DNA from: the human T2T-CHM13v2.0 reference genome, Homo sapiens | Length of the DNA stretch: 64,000 bases | Assembly: GCF_009914755.1 (NCBI RefSeq) | Contig: NC_060927.1 | Direction: 5' to 3' (one strand) | Part shown: piece by piece, positions 24,416-37,136 of the stretch | Layout: each line of letters starts with the position of its first letter | How positions within the stretch are numbered: position 1 is the first letter of the stretch | Made by a program: the position numbers and the translations under genes | The notes under the pieces: model-generated | What the model was told of the DNA's origin: nothing | What the model saw: only the letters and a program-made list of their open reading frames with translations | The model's database searches: none

Positions 24416-25633
24416 GCCCCACGGCTGCTCTGAAAAGCCATCTTTGCCTTGTTCCTCGTTCGCCTCCTTGTTCGCAGCAGCAGCCTCCGCCGCGCGCCTC
24501 CTCAGCCGCCGCGGACTCCGGCAGCTTTATCGCCAGAGTCCCTGAACTCTCGCTGTCTTTTTAATCCCCTGCATCGAATCACCGGCATGCCCCACCATGT
24601 CAGACGCAGCTGTAGACAGGAGCTCCGAAATCGCCACCAAGGACTTAAAGGAGAAGAAGGAAGTTGTGGAATAGGCAGAAAATGGAAAAGACGCCCCTGC
24701 TAACGGGAATGCTAATGAGGAAAATGGGGAGCAGGAGGCTGACAATGAGGTAGATGAAAAAGTGGAAGAAGGTGGGGAGGAAGAGGAGGAGGAAGAAGAA
24801 AGTGATGGTGAGGAAGAGGATGGAGATGAAGATGAGGAAGATGAGGAAGCTGAGTCAGCTACGGGCAAGCAGGCAGCTGAAGATGATGAAGATGACGATG
24901 TCAATACCAGGAAGCAGAAGGCCGACGAGGATGACTAGACAGCAAAAAAGGAAAAGGTAAATTAATAAAAAAGGCCACCATGACCTATTCACCCTCCACT
25001 TCCCGTCTCAGAATCCAAACGTGGTCACCTTCGAGTAGAGAGGCTCCACGCGCAGATGACACGCGCTGTCCACCACTCGACCCAAACCATGAGAATTTGC
25101 AACAGGGGAGGAAAAAAGAATCAAAACTTCCAAGGCCCTGCTTTTTTTCTTAAAAGTACTTTAAAAAGGAAATTTGTTTGTATTTTTTATTTACATTTTA
25201 TATTTTTGTACATATAGTTAGGGTCAGCCGTTTTTAATGATCTCGGATGACCAAACCAGCCTTCAGAGTGTTCTCTGTCCTACTTCTGACTTTACTTGTG
25301 GTGAGACCATGTTCACTATAATCTCAAAGGAGAAATAAACCTTGTTAAAAAAGCAAAAACGACAACAGAAAAACAATCTTATTCTGAGCATTCCAGTAAC
25401 TTTTTTGTGTATGTACTTAGCTGTACTACAAGTAGTTGGTTTGTATGAGATGGTTAAAAAGGCCAAAGATAAAAGGTTTCTTTTTTTTCCTTTTTTGTCT
25501 ATGAAGTTGCTGTTTATTTATTTATTTATTTATTTTGGCCTGTTTGATGCATGTGTGAAACAATGTTGTCCAACAATAAACAGGAATTTTGTTTTGCTGA
25601 GTTGTTCTAAAAACAAACAAACAAAAAAAACAA
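24416..25633 (+). pseudogene. PTMA: Full-length processed prothymosin alpha (PTMA) pseudogene, possibly PTMAP8
   Basis: PTMA 5'UTR; ATG at 24597 (MSDAAVDRSSEIATKDLKEKKEVVE*); premature TAG at 24672-24674; acidic tract; ancestral stop at 24936-24938; 3'UTR with AATAAA at 25575; degenerate A tail; 12-bp TSD aacatctttctc (24404-24415 / 25634-25645); no introns. Confidence 0.96.
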
Positions 25634-27059
25634 AACATCTTTCTCATGAAGCACAAAAGGGACAATACGGAGGAGACCCACCCCCCAACCCAAAAGAAAT
25701 AGACTTCAGCGCTGATTGAACAACTTTGGGTAAGTGGTGGGGTACCAGGGTAAAGAATGAGATTAGGTTAAAGGCCTAATTTAGGGGAGTTAGCGTCTCT
25801 CCTAAGACAAAATAGGTTAGAGGCACCTCTTAATAAAAGGCAAGAACACTTGACCCACCTCGGGTTAGAGGCCCGACTTAGGAAGGTTAGAGTCCCTTGT
25901 AAAGATTTAGGGGGTTAGAGGCCTCTCTGGGTAAAGTCTCTCTTGACTAAGAACAGGTTACTGCTAATTAATCTGCCTTGCACTCTTTGCTGATGGCTGC
26001 GGGTGACAGGGTTAGGCATGTACAGGATCGTGGGACATGGGGAACTTTTTCCTTCATAAAACGGAAAATGAGAGCTAACGAGACTGCTGAAAAAGATCCC
26101 TTTGCTACCGAGAAGCAGCCACCTGAACTTTTCAGTGTTGGTGCAATGAGTGGGTCTTTTCTCTGGCTTCCCTATACCATTCACCTTCCCCACCCTGCCA
26201 CAGGCAATACTTTCCTTCTCTCCTTTCCCTTTTCTTATCTTCTCTGTTACTCAGGGTGACCATCTTGCCTAGAGACCACATGTTGAAACTCCTAGTCGGA
26301 GATTAAAGATGACAGGGCCCATGTGAGGGTAAATTTAAGCCTTGCCAGTTTGACATTGGGTGCTAAGCAGAGTGACTAATGTGTATGTTTTATCACATGT
26401 ATTTTGCTCTAGCCAGAACAAAAAAAAAAATACTTTTCCTTTATGATACGGCTTGACCCCCAGGGTCATGGTGCCGCAAGCTGGATCACTAGGGCCAGTC
26501 AGGGAAAGGCAACCCAGAATCCTGGCATGCAGGCAAAAGGGTAAGAATTTCTTACCAGTTAGATTTCTGTTTTCTCTCTGTGTGCAAATGGTTGAATGAA
26601 TGGAAAAAATAAATAAATATCTATCTATATATATATAGATATCTGTTTATCTCCTCTGTAAAGTTTTGTTTAATGGGAAAAAGAATTCTAAGGCTAGCCT
26701 TAAGCTGCTGTATTTTGTGCTATGAATTTGTTCTTCTGTAGAATAAAACATGGACTTAGAACACTTGTAAGCCCACTTTTCAAGATGACCCAGCAAGCCG
26801 ATTAGTAACAAACTTGGCTGCAGGTCCCTGAAACAAACAAAAAACTGGATAAAGTCTCCATGTTGTTTATGTCCTTGGGAGCTTGACCTTTTAACCACGT
26901 GGCAGTACTTTCTCTTAGTCTCTGCCATCCAGGTAACAGGAATTTTAGTCTTCATGTCATAGTTAGCTCTAAAAATCATATTAAATAGTTAAAAGGCTTT
27001 GCAAGCTCAAAATTAACTACTCTAGAGTTCTTCTGGGAAAGAAAATGGGGACTGCCCCA

Positions 27060-27130
27060 TCCTGTAGCTCAGTAGCTAAGATTTTTGCACTTTCACAGTA
27101 GCTGTCTGGGTTCAATTCCCCACCTAGGAA
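27060..27130 (+). other. Degenerate tRNA-Glu(TTC)-like sequence inside the ERV internal region
   Basis: agtagctaagatt...cactttcac...ctgggttcaattccc...ggaa parallels tRNA-Glu AGTGGCTAGGATT...CGCTTTCAC...CCGGGTTCGATTCCC...GGAA. Confidence 0.55.
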
Positions 27131-30100
27131 GTAAGTCGTTTCTGGTTTAATATCTGTGTGACCTTGTCTATTCTTTTCTCCATGGACTGCCTTAAATTTT
27201 CCTTTCTGTAAGCACCTAGGAGGTCACCTTTGGTAATGTTCAGAAGCTAGAAATATTGGCCACTTGGCATGGCTAAAGTTGGGTAATAAGAGATCTAAAA
27301 GGATTTCTTTTTTAAAGAGCACTATGGTTAAAAGTCAGCTTAATTAAAAGTGGATAAACAAGCTATAGATATATCTAAAAGGCCTTTATGCTTTTCTCTT
27401 CTTGGAACTTGTTTTTCTGGAAAAAAGGTTTTTTCTTCTCAGTTGACTGAATGATTTTTCTCCATTTTTTTTTGTCTTGCCACTCTTAATACACACATGA
27501 GAGTCCCTAAGATAACTTCTGGTAGCCTGGGACTCCTTGGGAAAAACAGAAGAGGCACCACAGACCCAGTTTTAGGGAAAAAACAAAACAACAACAACAA
27601 AAAACCTTTTTTTCCCCTCATGAAATCCCAGGAATTAAAAGCAAATAGATCCCTCTCAAAATCAAAGGCTCTGTTCTGCTTTTTGCATCCTTTGCATCGC
27701 GTTATCTGATGGCTTTGAGTTTGGGGGGTATCAGAAATTACTTCACATTATGAGAGTGCTTTGGTTTGTAATACCTAGGTAGGAAATATACTTTAAGTGA
27801 TAGCTAATAGTAGTTATGGAGGGATACTTGACTCTTTGACTCTTTGCACTCTTGGATCAGAGAAGCATGCTCTTGGCCACCTGGAAGATAAGGAACCATC
27901 CCCAGCCCCCACTGAAAGGTAAGACTCCCATGAGGGATGGGCTGACTACTAAACCGGCTGATTGGCTTTGGCTTGCCTTGCACTGAAATGCAAAGTAAAA
28001 GCGCTGCACTGTCTTCTCCCGTAGTGTTTCCCTCCTTTTGGGGATCCAGGAGCCAGTAAAAAAAAATGGCGCTCTTAATTTGGGGGATCTTTGCCTTCAG
28101 CTGCTTATTTGCTGCTTATTTTGCCCTAGAAACACATGCTTTTCTGGCCCTGTTCTTGCAAGGGCTCCACCCTGAAGCCAGTAATGCAATTAAGAAACTG
28201 GCAAGTAAAAAATTGTACAAGTGCTGAATTTTCTGTCTGTCTGTGTATTTATATGTTGTTGTATGTTTATATATAAAAGAGCTCTAATTGTCTTAGAAAA
28301 ATAAGTGCTTAAATCAAATATTTTGCCAGAAAAATAGAAAATGTAATGCCTTTTTGTTCACGTGACTTTAGTAATCTTTTGGAAATAAAGACAGTTTTAA
28401 AGATTGTTGGTAAAATAAAATGTCTTGAAAATGTAGACATTAGGTCTAAATTAAGGTCAGATATCAGATTTGTGGAATGCTTTAAGGTCAAACTGTTTTC
28501 TCTGACTATAAAAAATTGTTCAGTTTACCTACCTTTAAGCCATTAGATTCTAGATAAGGCATGGGGATATGTGAAATTAGCCATGTCCCCTACCTATACA
28601 AAGAAAAATATAAAGAAAGAGATTTTATATAAGAAAGGATCTTGCATGGTAAATTCTTGTCCTAAAGTAAAATGACTGGTTGTTTAAAAGGAGGGATGTT
28701 TAAGGCAAGTCAGGAAGTCCAAGAATATCTCAGATGGTCTGTGTAAGTCATAAAAGGATTTGTGAAAGGGAATTTATGCAAGAAATGTTGTACAATTCAA
28801 AAGTCGTTAGGCCTCCCAAATGCTTTATAAAATGCCACTATAACTCTTGCTGTGCAACTTGCCTGCTTAAGTAAGGCAAGGCCAGGGGACATGTGGAGTT
28901 AGCCATGCCCCTTAGCTATGCTGTAGAGTCAGCTCTAATCTGCACTTCTGCCTGGTGTGTCCTAGGCGAGGCTCCACAACTAGTACACAATTAAAATTAC
29001 TTACTAACCAGGGTTTTCACCATAAGTAAAAGTCACTAAAAGTTAACATGTAATATGTAATTGAGACTAGTGAAGAAACAATTTTACATGTAAGGTGTGT
29101 AAGAAAAGTAAAATGTATTTTTTGTAAAAGATTATAAGAAGACATGGGAATGTGGATTTTTTTCCCTAAAGGGTTGAAGAGTTATTTTAAATTAGATGGA
29201 ATAAAGTTGAAAGTTTGAACTGTTGTGGAAGGTTTATAAAAATTAATTGTAAGAGATTCTGTGTGTGAACATATTGGCTAAAGTTAGAGGGGTATTATTC
29301 AGTTTTTCTATAAATTAAACTTTGGAATAATAGCACAGCAGGTTTTTCTTAGAGCACTGATCTGCTCTTTCACAAAAAAAAAAATGTAAAGGGTTATAAA
29401 AGGTTTATAAGAATCTTACCTTAAGGTTAAACATTGAAATGGGTAAATATGTCTATAATGTTTTATTAAAAATTGGGTTTGACATCAATAATGCACTAAT
29501 GCAACAGTGACATTTGGCTTATTTGGTATGAAAATCATACAGGAAGCATTATCAAATATGAAATGTTATTTGGTTTTCTTTAGGCTGTATTTGTATAAAT
29601 ATGTTATTAGTAAGTGTTCTAAAATAATGAGAAAGTCCTATAATTCTAATGACTTAGTGTAGGTTTTTAATAATTATAATTGTTTCATAAAATCATTCTA
29701 TGCCACAAAGTTAACCACATTTCTTTGTCAATCATGTTTTTGACTGTGGCTGTCCTAAGATGTTTTGCCATCCACAGACAATTGTTGTCTTGTTTTAATC
29801 CTCTTCAAAAGGTGGTTCATAATCAACTATAGAACTCTAACAGGTGTTCTTAAATGCAGGTTTCTAATAACTTTGGAAATTGTAACATTAGAACAGAAGA
29901 AACAACTTTCAGAACTCTCATGAAGAGCTGGAATGTTCATGAATATCAAATAGATAGGAATTAACTGAATTAACTGAACCAATAGAAAACGGAAGTAATC
30001 TTTTTAGCTTTGCTTAAAATGCTGCTGATCCTTTGTTTTGTTTTTCAGAAGCAAGGAAACTTTTCTTTTGAGCTATTTACAGCTTGTAGCAATTAAGTAT

Positions 30101-31322
30101 ACTCCTGTGAACAAAATTTGGAGCATATTTGTTTCTCTCTACCTGATTTCTCCAGAATTTGGAAACTAGTTGTGAGTTTTCTTAACTTATGGCAATATAG
30201 TTATTTGCATAAGTTCAATAAGAATCTGTTTTATTTTGTAATGGACACAATTAGAGAAATTGGTTATTTTGACAAGGCTCTGACTGGAATGGTGTGTTTT
30301 CCTTTAAGGAATTAAACTTGACTTATAAAGCCAATAAAAGCCCCTTGGGGAACTGGCCTCATACCTTGCCTACACAGTCCCTGTACAGGGTTTCTGATCT
30401 GTGGTGAGTAAAGAATGTATGTCACTTTCTGACAGGTCCAGAATCCCCAAGTTATCTTGGGACCTCAAGAGGAAAAAATTTACCCAACTCATAGATATTT
30501 GAGGGTTAAACACCCATGGCTGGGCTCGGCTTTAAAAAAGTCTTATCTGAAATTCCTTCTATGGAACAGAGTTCCATCAAAGCCAATTTAAAAATAGCTT
30601 ATGTGGAAAATAATTATTCTTGCTGCACTTTATACAAATTATCAGGCCAAGTATAATAAAGCAAATTGGTCTTACTATGATTTGTCTTTAGTAAAAATGG
30701 GAAAGTGGAGAGAGAAATATTATATTTCAAGAACCATGGTACACTTATTAAATTCTAGTCTCATTAGTTGTTTTTACATTTGTTTCTGCAATTTAGGCTA
30801 ACCCTGCTTATTCCTGTAAACCACATAATGATCTCTGACTGTTGCTCAGAAGAAACAAGAGGGATGGGTAATGTAAAAATCTGGATCAGTATTCTAATTC
30901 TGGGCACATTACAATAGCTAATAACCCCATATCAGCTTAGTTCCAACAGTTGCCCAGTTCATGAAAAGCCTTCTAACTCAGTTTACTTGGAATAACTTTA
31001 CTTATTTTGCTTTACTCTTGTGAATATATTGCTGTTATAGTCTTTGTGCAGGAATATAGAACAAGCTTACTGAATGTTTTCTTAAACTAAACACTTATTA
31101 ATCTTCCAGATATCACCTCTTGTCAAAACTTGAGAGTCACGAATGGCCCTCTCCACACTGATATTTTCTGACTGAGCTCCTCTCTACCCTGAACACAAGA
31201 GACCCTGATAGTTAGGCAGAAATATCATCACCCCATTCAACCCGAAGAAGTTATGGAAGATGGATTTTCATCCCTCTGCAACCCTTAGAATTAAGGGTTC
31301 CCTTATAAAAGGGAGGAGGTAA

Positions 31323-32205
<883 letters not shown>

Positions 32206-32660
32206 AATGTACTTCTGAATGTACTCTACTGGGGGATGGGTAAATACATTGTACTATATCTGTACAATGGGATATTACTTGGTAATAAAAATGAACAAAG
32301 TACTGATACATGCTACAACATGGATGGATCTCAAATGCATTACACTAATTGAATAAGCCAGACATGAAGCTCTAATATTGTGTTACTCCATTTATATAAC
32401 ATTCTGACAAAGGAAAACTATAGGGACAGAGACAAATTAGTAATTGTCAGGGGGTAAAGGCTTAACTGAAAAAGGCTAGCACCTGTGTGTGTGGTGTGTG
32501 TGTGTGTGTGTGTGTTGTGTATGTGTGTGCATATGGGTTGACAGAAATATTCTGTATTTTGATTGTAGTGGTGTTATACTACTCCGTATTTACCAAAACA
32601 CACGGAACTTGATACCAAAAACACACAATTTATTGCATCCATATTAAAAAATAAATCTGA
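32206..32660 (+). mobile_element. Old L1 (L1M) 3' end, right part, containing a (TG)n run at about 32485-32530
   Basis: actgatacatgctacaacatggatggatctc...ttccatttatataacattctgacaaaggaaaactatagggacaga. Confidence 0.8.
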
Positions 32661-35546
32661 ATAAGGTAGCAATAAAATATTCTAAGTTCAAAAACAATTT
32701 TAGTTGATATTTCATACTTCTTGGACTCCTTGAGAAGTTTGGAGATGAAAAAGCAAACAAAACAAAAGTAAAATACAAAAATCTTTTTCCTCGACCTTAA
32801 ATTTCACAATCTAATGAACAAGATAAACTTGAAGGGAAAAATATAAAAAGCTTTATGTTGAGATAAAAATATAAAAAGCTACCTCTAGAAGAGGTAGCAC
32901 AATCTCAACATAAAGGTATGCACAATCTAAAGTACGTGAAAGATCAATTATTACTGGAATAGGTGTTCCCTTCCGGGTCAATTTTACCTAACATACATTC
33001 TTATAGTGGTTAACTTTTGCTGCTAAAACAAAACCAGCTCCCCAAAAGTAAAAGCAGCTGGGGTTCCCATGGCTGCCTCAATGGCTCTCCATCCTAAGGT
33101 ACAGCGTGAGGCTAGGGGTGCTGTAGCCCCTCTCCTCTTCCACTTCATTATCCGAACCACTGTTATTCAGCAAGGTGTGGCCTCTAACCCTGCCATTCTG
33201 TCTCTTTTCCCTATAGCTGTACTGATTCCACAGTGGATAAGACATTCTCCTCTCAAGAACTCATGGTTTTGGGGTGTGTCAGTGGGATATCAAGTAAAGT
33301 GAACAGCTTTTGGAGACCACAAAAGGGGCAAGGTTTATTTCTTTATCTATGATGGATATATAGATTTGATAGTTTTTAAAAATGGCTAAACTGAACTACT
33401 CGTGAGCTTTTTTTTCCATTTTTCCCATCCCCTGGGAGCCCACTGAGCAGCTCCCTCCCTGCCTTATCTCACCAGCTATAATAATGAGCTCCAGGGGGAC
33501 CTTGCTACTGCCTTTGAAGTAACACATTTCTCTGAATGTCTTTGAAATTTCTCTTCGTACATTGTTTGTTTCTGGTTTACTCTGTCTTCTTGTAGAGGGG
33601 GGTCTGACAGTTGTTGCAGGGAGGGGGAGGTCCAGGATGACAGCTCAGGAATGTGTAAATTGAACAAAACAAAAACACAAACAAAACAAAATAAGAAAGA
33701 AAGAGAGGAAGAAAAAAAAGACTTCCCCACCCACTGCCAGAGCAGGAATGTAAGCACTTTCACTGGAGTTGCTGAAGCATCTTGCAGGCTGCAGACAGAG
33801 GATGACAGCCAAGGACAGATGCAGCTGGGATGCCTGAAGCTGTCACAGAGGAAGTGGCCTGCTGGAGACAGGTTCTAGGGAGAGCAGAGGGACAAGCCCA
33901 GGGGAGGAGCAGAGAGGCAGAGCAGGAGAGGGACTCTGCCCTCTACTCCACTCCCCAGGATTTTAAAAGCATAAGAATCCTGAGGCTGAAATAGTTTAGG
34001 CTCCCCACATGCCAAGCAGAGAATACACAGCACATCTGTTTTGATGTGTATACTTTCTACATGGAAAGACCTAAAAAAATTTTTGAAAGTTCAGGAGAGG
34101 GGAGATTAGATTTAGCATTCAGGAGACCCAAAAGGTTATAAAATGCAGGAAGAAACCTGGTAGAACCTTGATTTAGCTATCTACTAACACTCAGGATGAA
34201 AGAATTAAATTTCACTCTACGGGGAATTAATCAGCCACTATCTCCAGTTGATTAGATTGCAACTTGATGGTGCAGTAGTGGGAATATAAAGAAAACCAGA
34301 TTGCATTGGCTCTTGAAACATGAAGAGGGCAATCCCCTCCCCGGAAATCCAGTGTGTAATAAAAAAAACAGACTGACAAAGTCAGCGCAATGTTATTTGG
34401 CTTTATTTTCATAAAAATACTTGTCTGAGGAGACCATTAGATTTGGAAATGAGGGTTAGAGGTCAGGGGCCCTCAGGGAAACTTGTGATGCTCTAGCAGA
34501 GTAGCAGAAGGCAGAGTGCAACTTCCCCAGTTGAAAGGACACTGGGAGTTTTTACTTCTGCTTTTCTGGGCTCCTTCGGAACATTTGCCTGTGCTTTTAT
34601 AATTACATCTCTGACTCATATCTGAACTTGGATTCCTGACTTCCCTCACCCTTGCCCTACACACTTAATTAAATTGTATAATCATCCTTGACTCTTCTAA
34701 CTTCTCCTTCTTGCCCTTCTGACCCAGTCAGTCTCCAAGTCTTTATTTTTCTTTTGTGAGGTTTTTTTTTTTTGTTTTTTGTTTTTTGTTTTTGCTATCA
34801 CTTCAAGTCCCTATCACCACCTATTTAAACTCTGTCAACACCCTTTAAATGTTCTCTCCCTAGCTCCCTCCTACCCTTTACCCCTCCTCAATGTAGCTGG
34901 GGGAGCATTTTCAGTTGTGTTCTTTTGCCTCCCCCTCCCCATCTGAAGGTCAGGTCCATGTTTACACCCTTCTTTTTATTAGACCAGGGATCATGGATTA
35001 CAGCTGAGAATTTCTAAAGTCTCATTAGGGTGGAGAGCAGAGAACAAAAACAGATTTTTTTTTAGCTCACATGGAATATTCACAAAAATTAAATTTGTAA
35101 CAATTACAGAGAGAAAGGCTCAAACAATTCCAATGAATCAACATCAGAATATGTTCCCTAACTCTACTGAAATAAAGTTAGAAAAACAATAATTTTAAAA
35201 AGAACCAAAAATGTTACCTAGTCCTGAAACTAAAAAGCCTGCTATTAAATTACCCTTGGGCTTAAGCAGAAATCATAAGAGAAATTATAAGATACTTAGA
35301 ATTGAATGACAACAATATCTCTGCATATAAAATCATGCAGGGCACAACTAAAGCAGAAATCAGAGGAAAATGTATAACTTTAAATACACTGACCAGAAAG
35401 TATAAAGACATTGAAATAAAATGAGCCATGAATTCTATTAGATTCATTGAAAGAGAAGAACAGACCAAACTGAAATAAAGAGATAATTATTAATAAAGTA
35501 GGCAGAAATCAAGAAACATTGAACAAAAATACAGTAATGAGTATGA

Positions 35547-35939
<393 letters not shown>

Positions 35940-36101
35940 CCTGACAATATTTTCAATTATACGAAATACAAAATGAAAATTTAGACATAGCCAGAAATAG
36001 CACAGCAATTAAGAAAAGAAAAAAAAATACTACAACCAACTATTCACTAATACGTGTGAAAACACAGATGAGCTATCTATCTGAAAAAATATATAAATTA
36101 C

Positions 36102-36607
36102 CGTGGCTGATTATTCTTTCTATAAACATTCACAACTGCTTCCAGAAGCTTGCCACTCCTCCATGGAAGCAAAGTCTATTTCCACTCCTTTGAACCTGGG
36201 CAGGTATGTGCCTGATCTGAAGAGTAGAATGTGGCTATACATAGCTATGGGAATTCCCATGCTGGGTCTTTCTCTTGCTCTGAGAAAACCACCATCATGT
36301 TGGAAGTCAAACTAGCTGATTTAGGAAGAATACATGGAAAAACCAGATGGAGAGGCCCGCAGGGAAAAGAACAGAGGCCTTAGCTGAAAGCTGGCATCTA
36401 TAGTCAAATATGTGAATAAACGAGCCTTTGGCTAATTTCAGCCCCTAGTCTTCAATTCTTCCAGCTAAGGAGCATCATCATTCAGGGACAAGCCATCCCA
36501 CCATAATCCTGTCTGAACTCTTTACCCACGGAATCTTTGAGGGAAAAATAATTATTTTTCACCCCTGTTTGGGGGTAATTGGTTACACGGCTATAGTAAT
36601 TGGAACA
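36102..36607 (+). mobile_element. MLT1-type MaLR solo LTR
   Basis: gtctatttccactcctttgaacctgggc...tttgggggtaattggttacacggctatagtaattggaaca; TSD-like attac/attgc. Confidence 0.75.
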
Positions 36608-36829
36608 ATTGCCAAACCTGGCACAAAATTAGAAAATAGAGTTGATCAATAACCATTCAAAAACTTCAAGTGACAATTGAAAGCAACTTGCTACCTCCAA
36701 GCAAATCCCAGAGCCAGAGAATTTTACAAGAAAATAAAAACTTGGAACAAAACCTTATTCTTGTCCTACACAATTGTTCAAAGATATAGAAAACAAAACA
36801 AAATTCTAGCTCTAAAGATTTTAAAACTA

Positions 36830-37136
36830 GGGTAAGGTGTGGTTGCTCACGCCTAATCCCAGCACTTTGGGAGGCCGAGGTGAGCAGATCACTTGAGGTC
36901 AGGAGTTCGAGACCTGCCTGGCCAACATGGCAAAACCTGGTCTCTACTAAAAATACAAAAATTAGCTGGGCATAGTGGCTCATGCCTGTAATCCCAGCTA
37001 CTCAGGAGGCTGAGGCAGGAGAATCACTTGAACCCAGGAGGCAGAGGTTGCAGTCAGCCAAGGTCATGCCACTGTGACACTGCACTCCATCCTGGGCGAC
37101 ACAGTAAGACTCTATCTCAGAAAAAAAAAAAAAAAA
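36830..37136 (+). mobile_element. Alu (S-type)
   Basis: Dimer with poly(A) tail. Confidence 0.95.

Noticed and set aside
24527-24904. Poly-Ser ORF on the minus strand
   Set aside because: Antisense reading of the PTMA acidic GAG/GAA/GAT tract.
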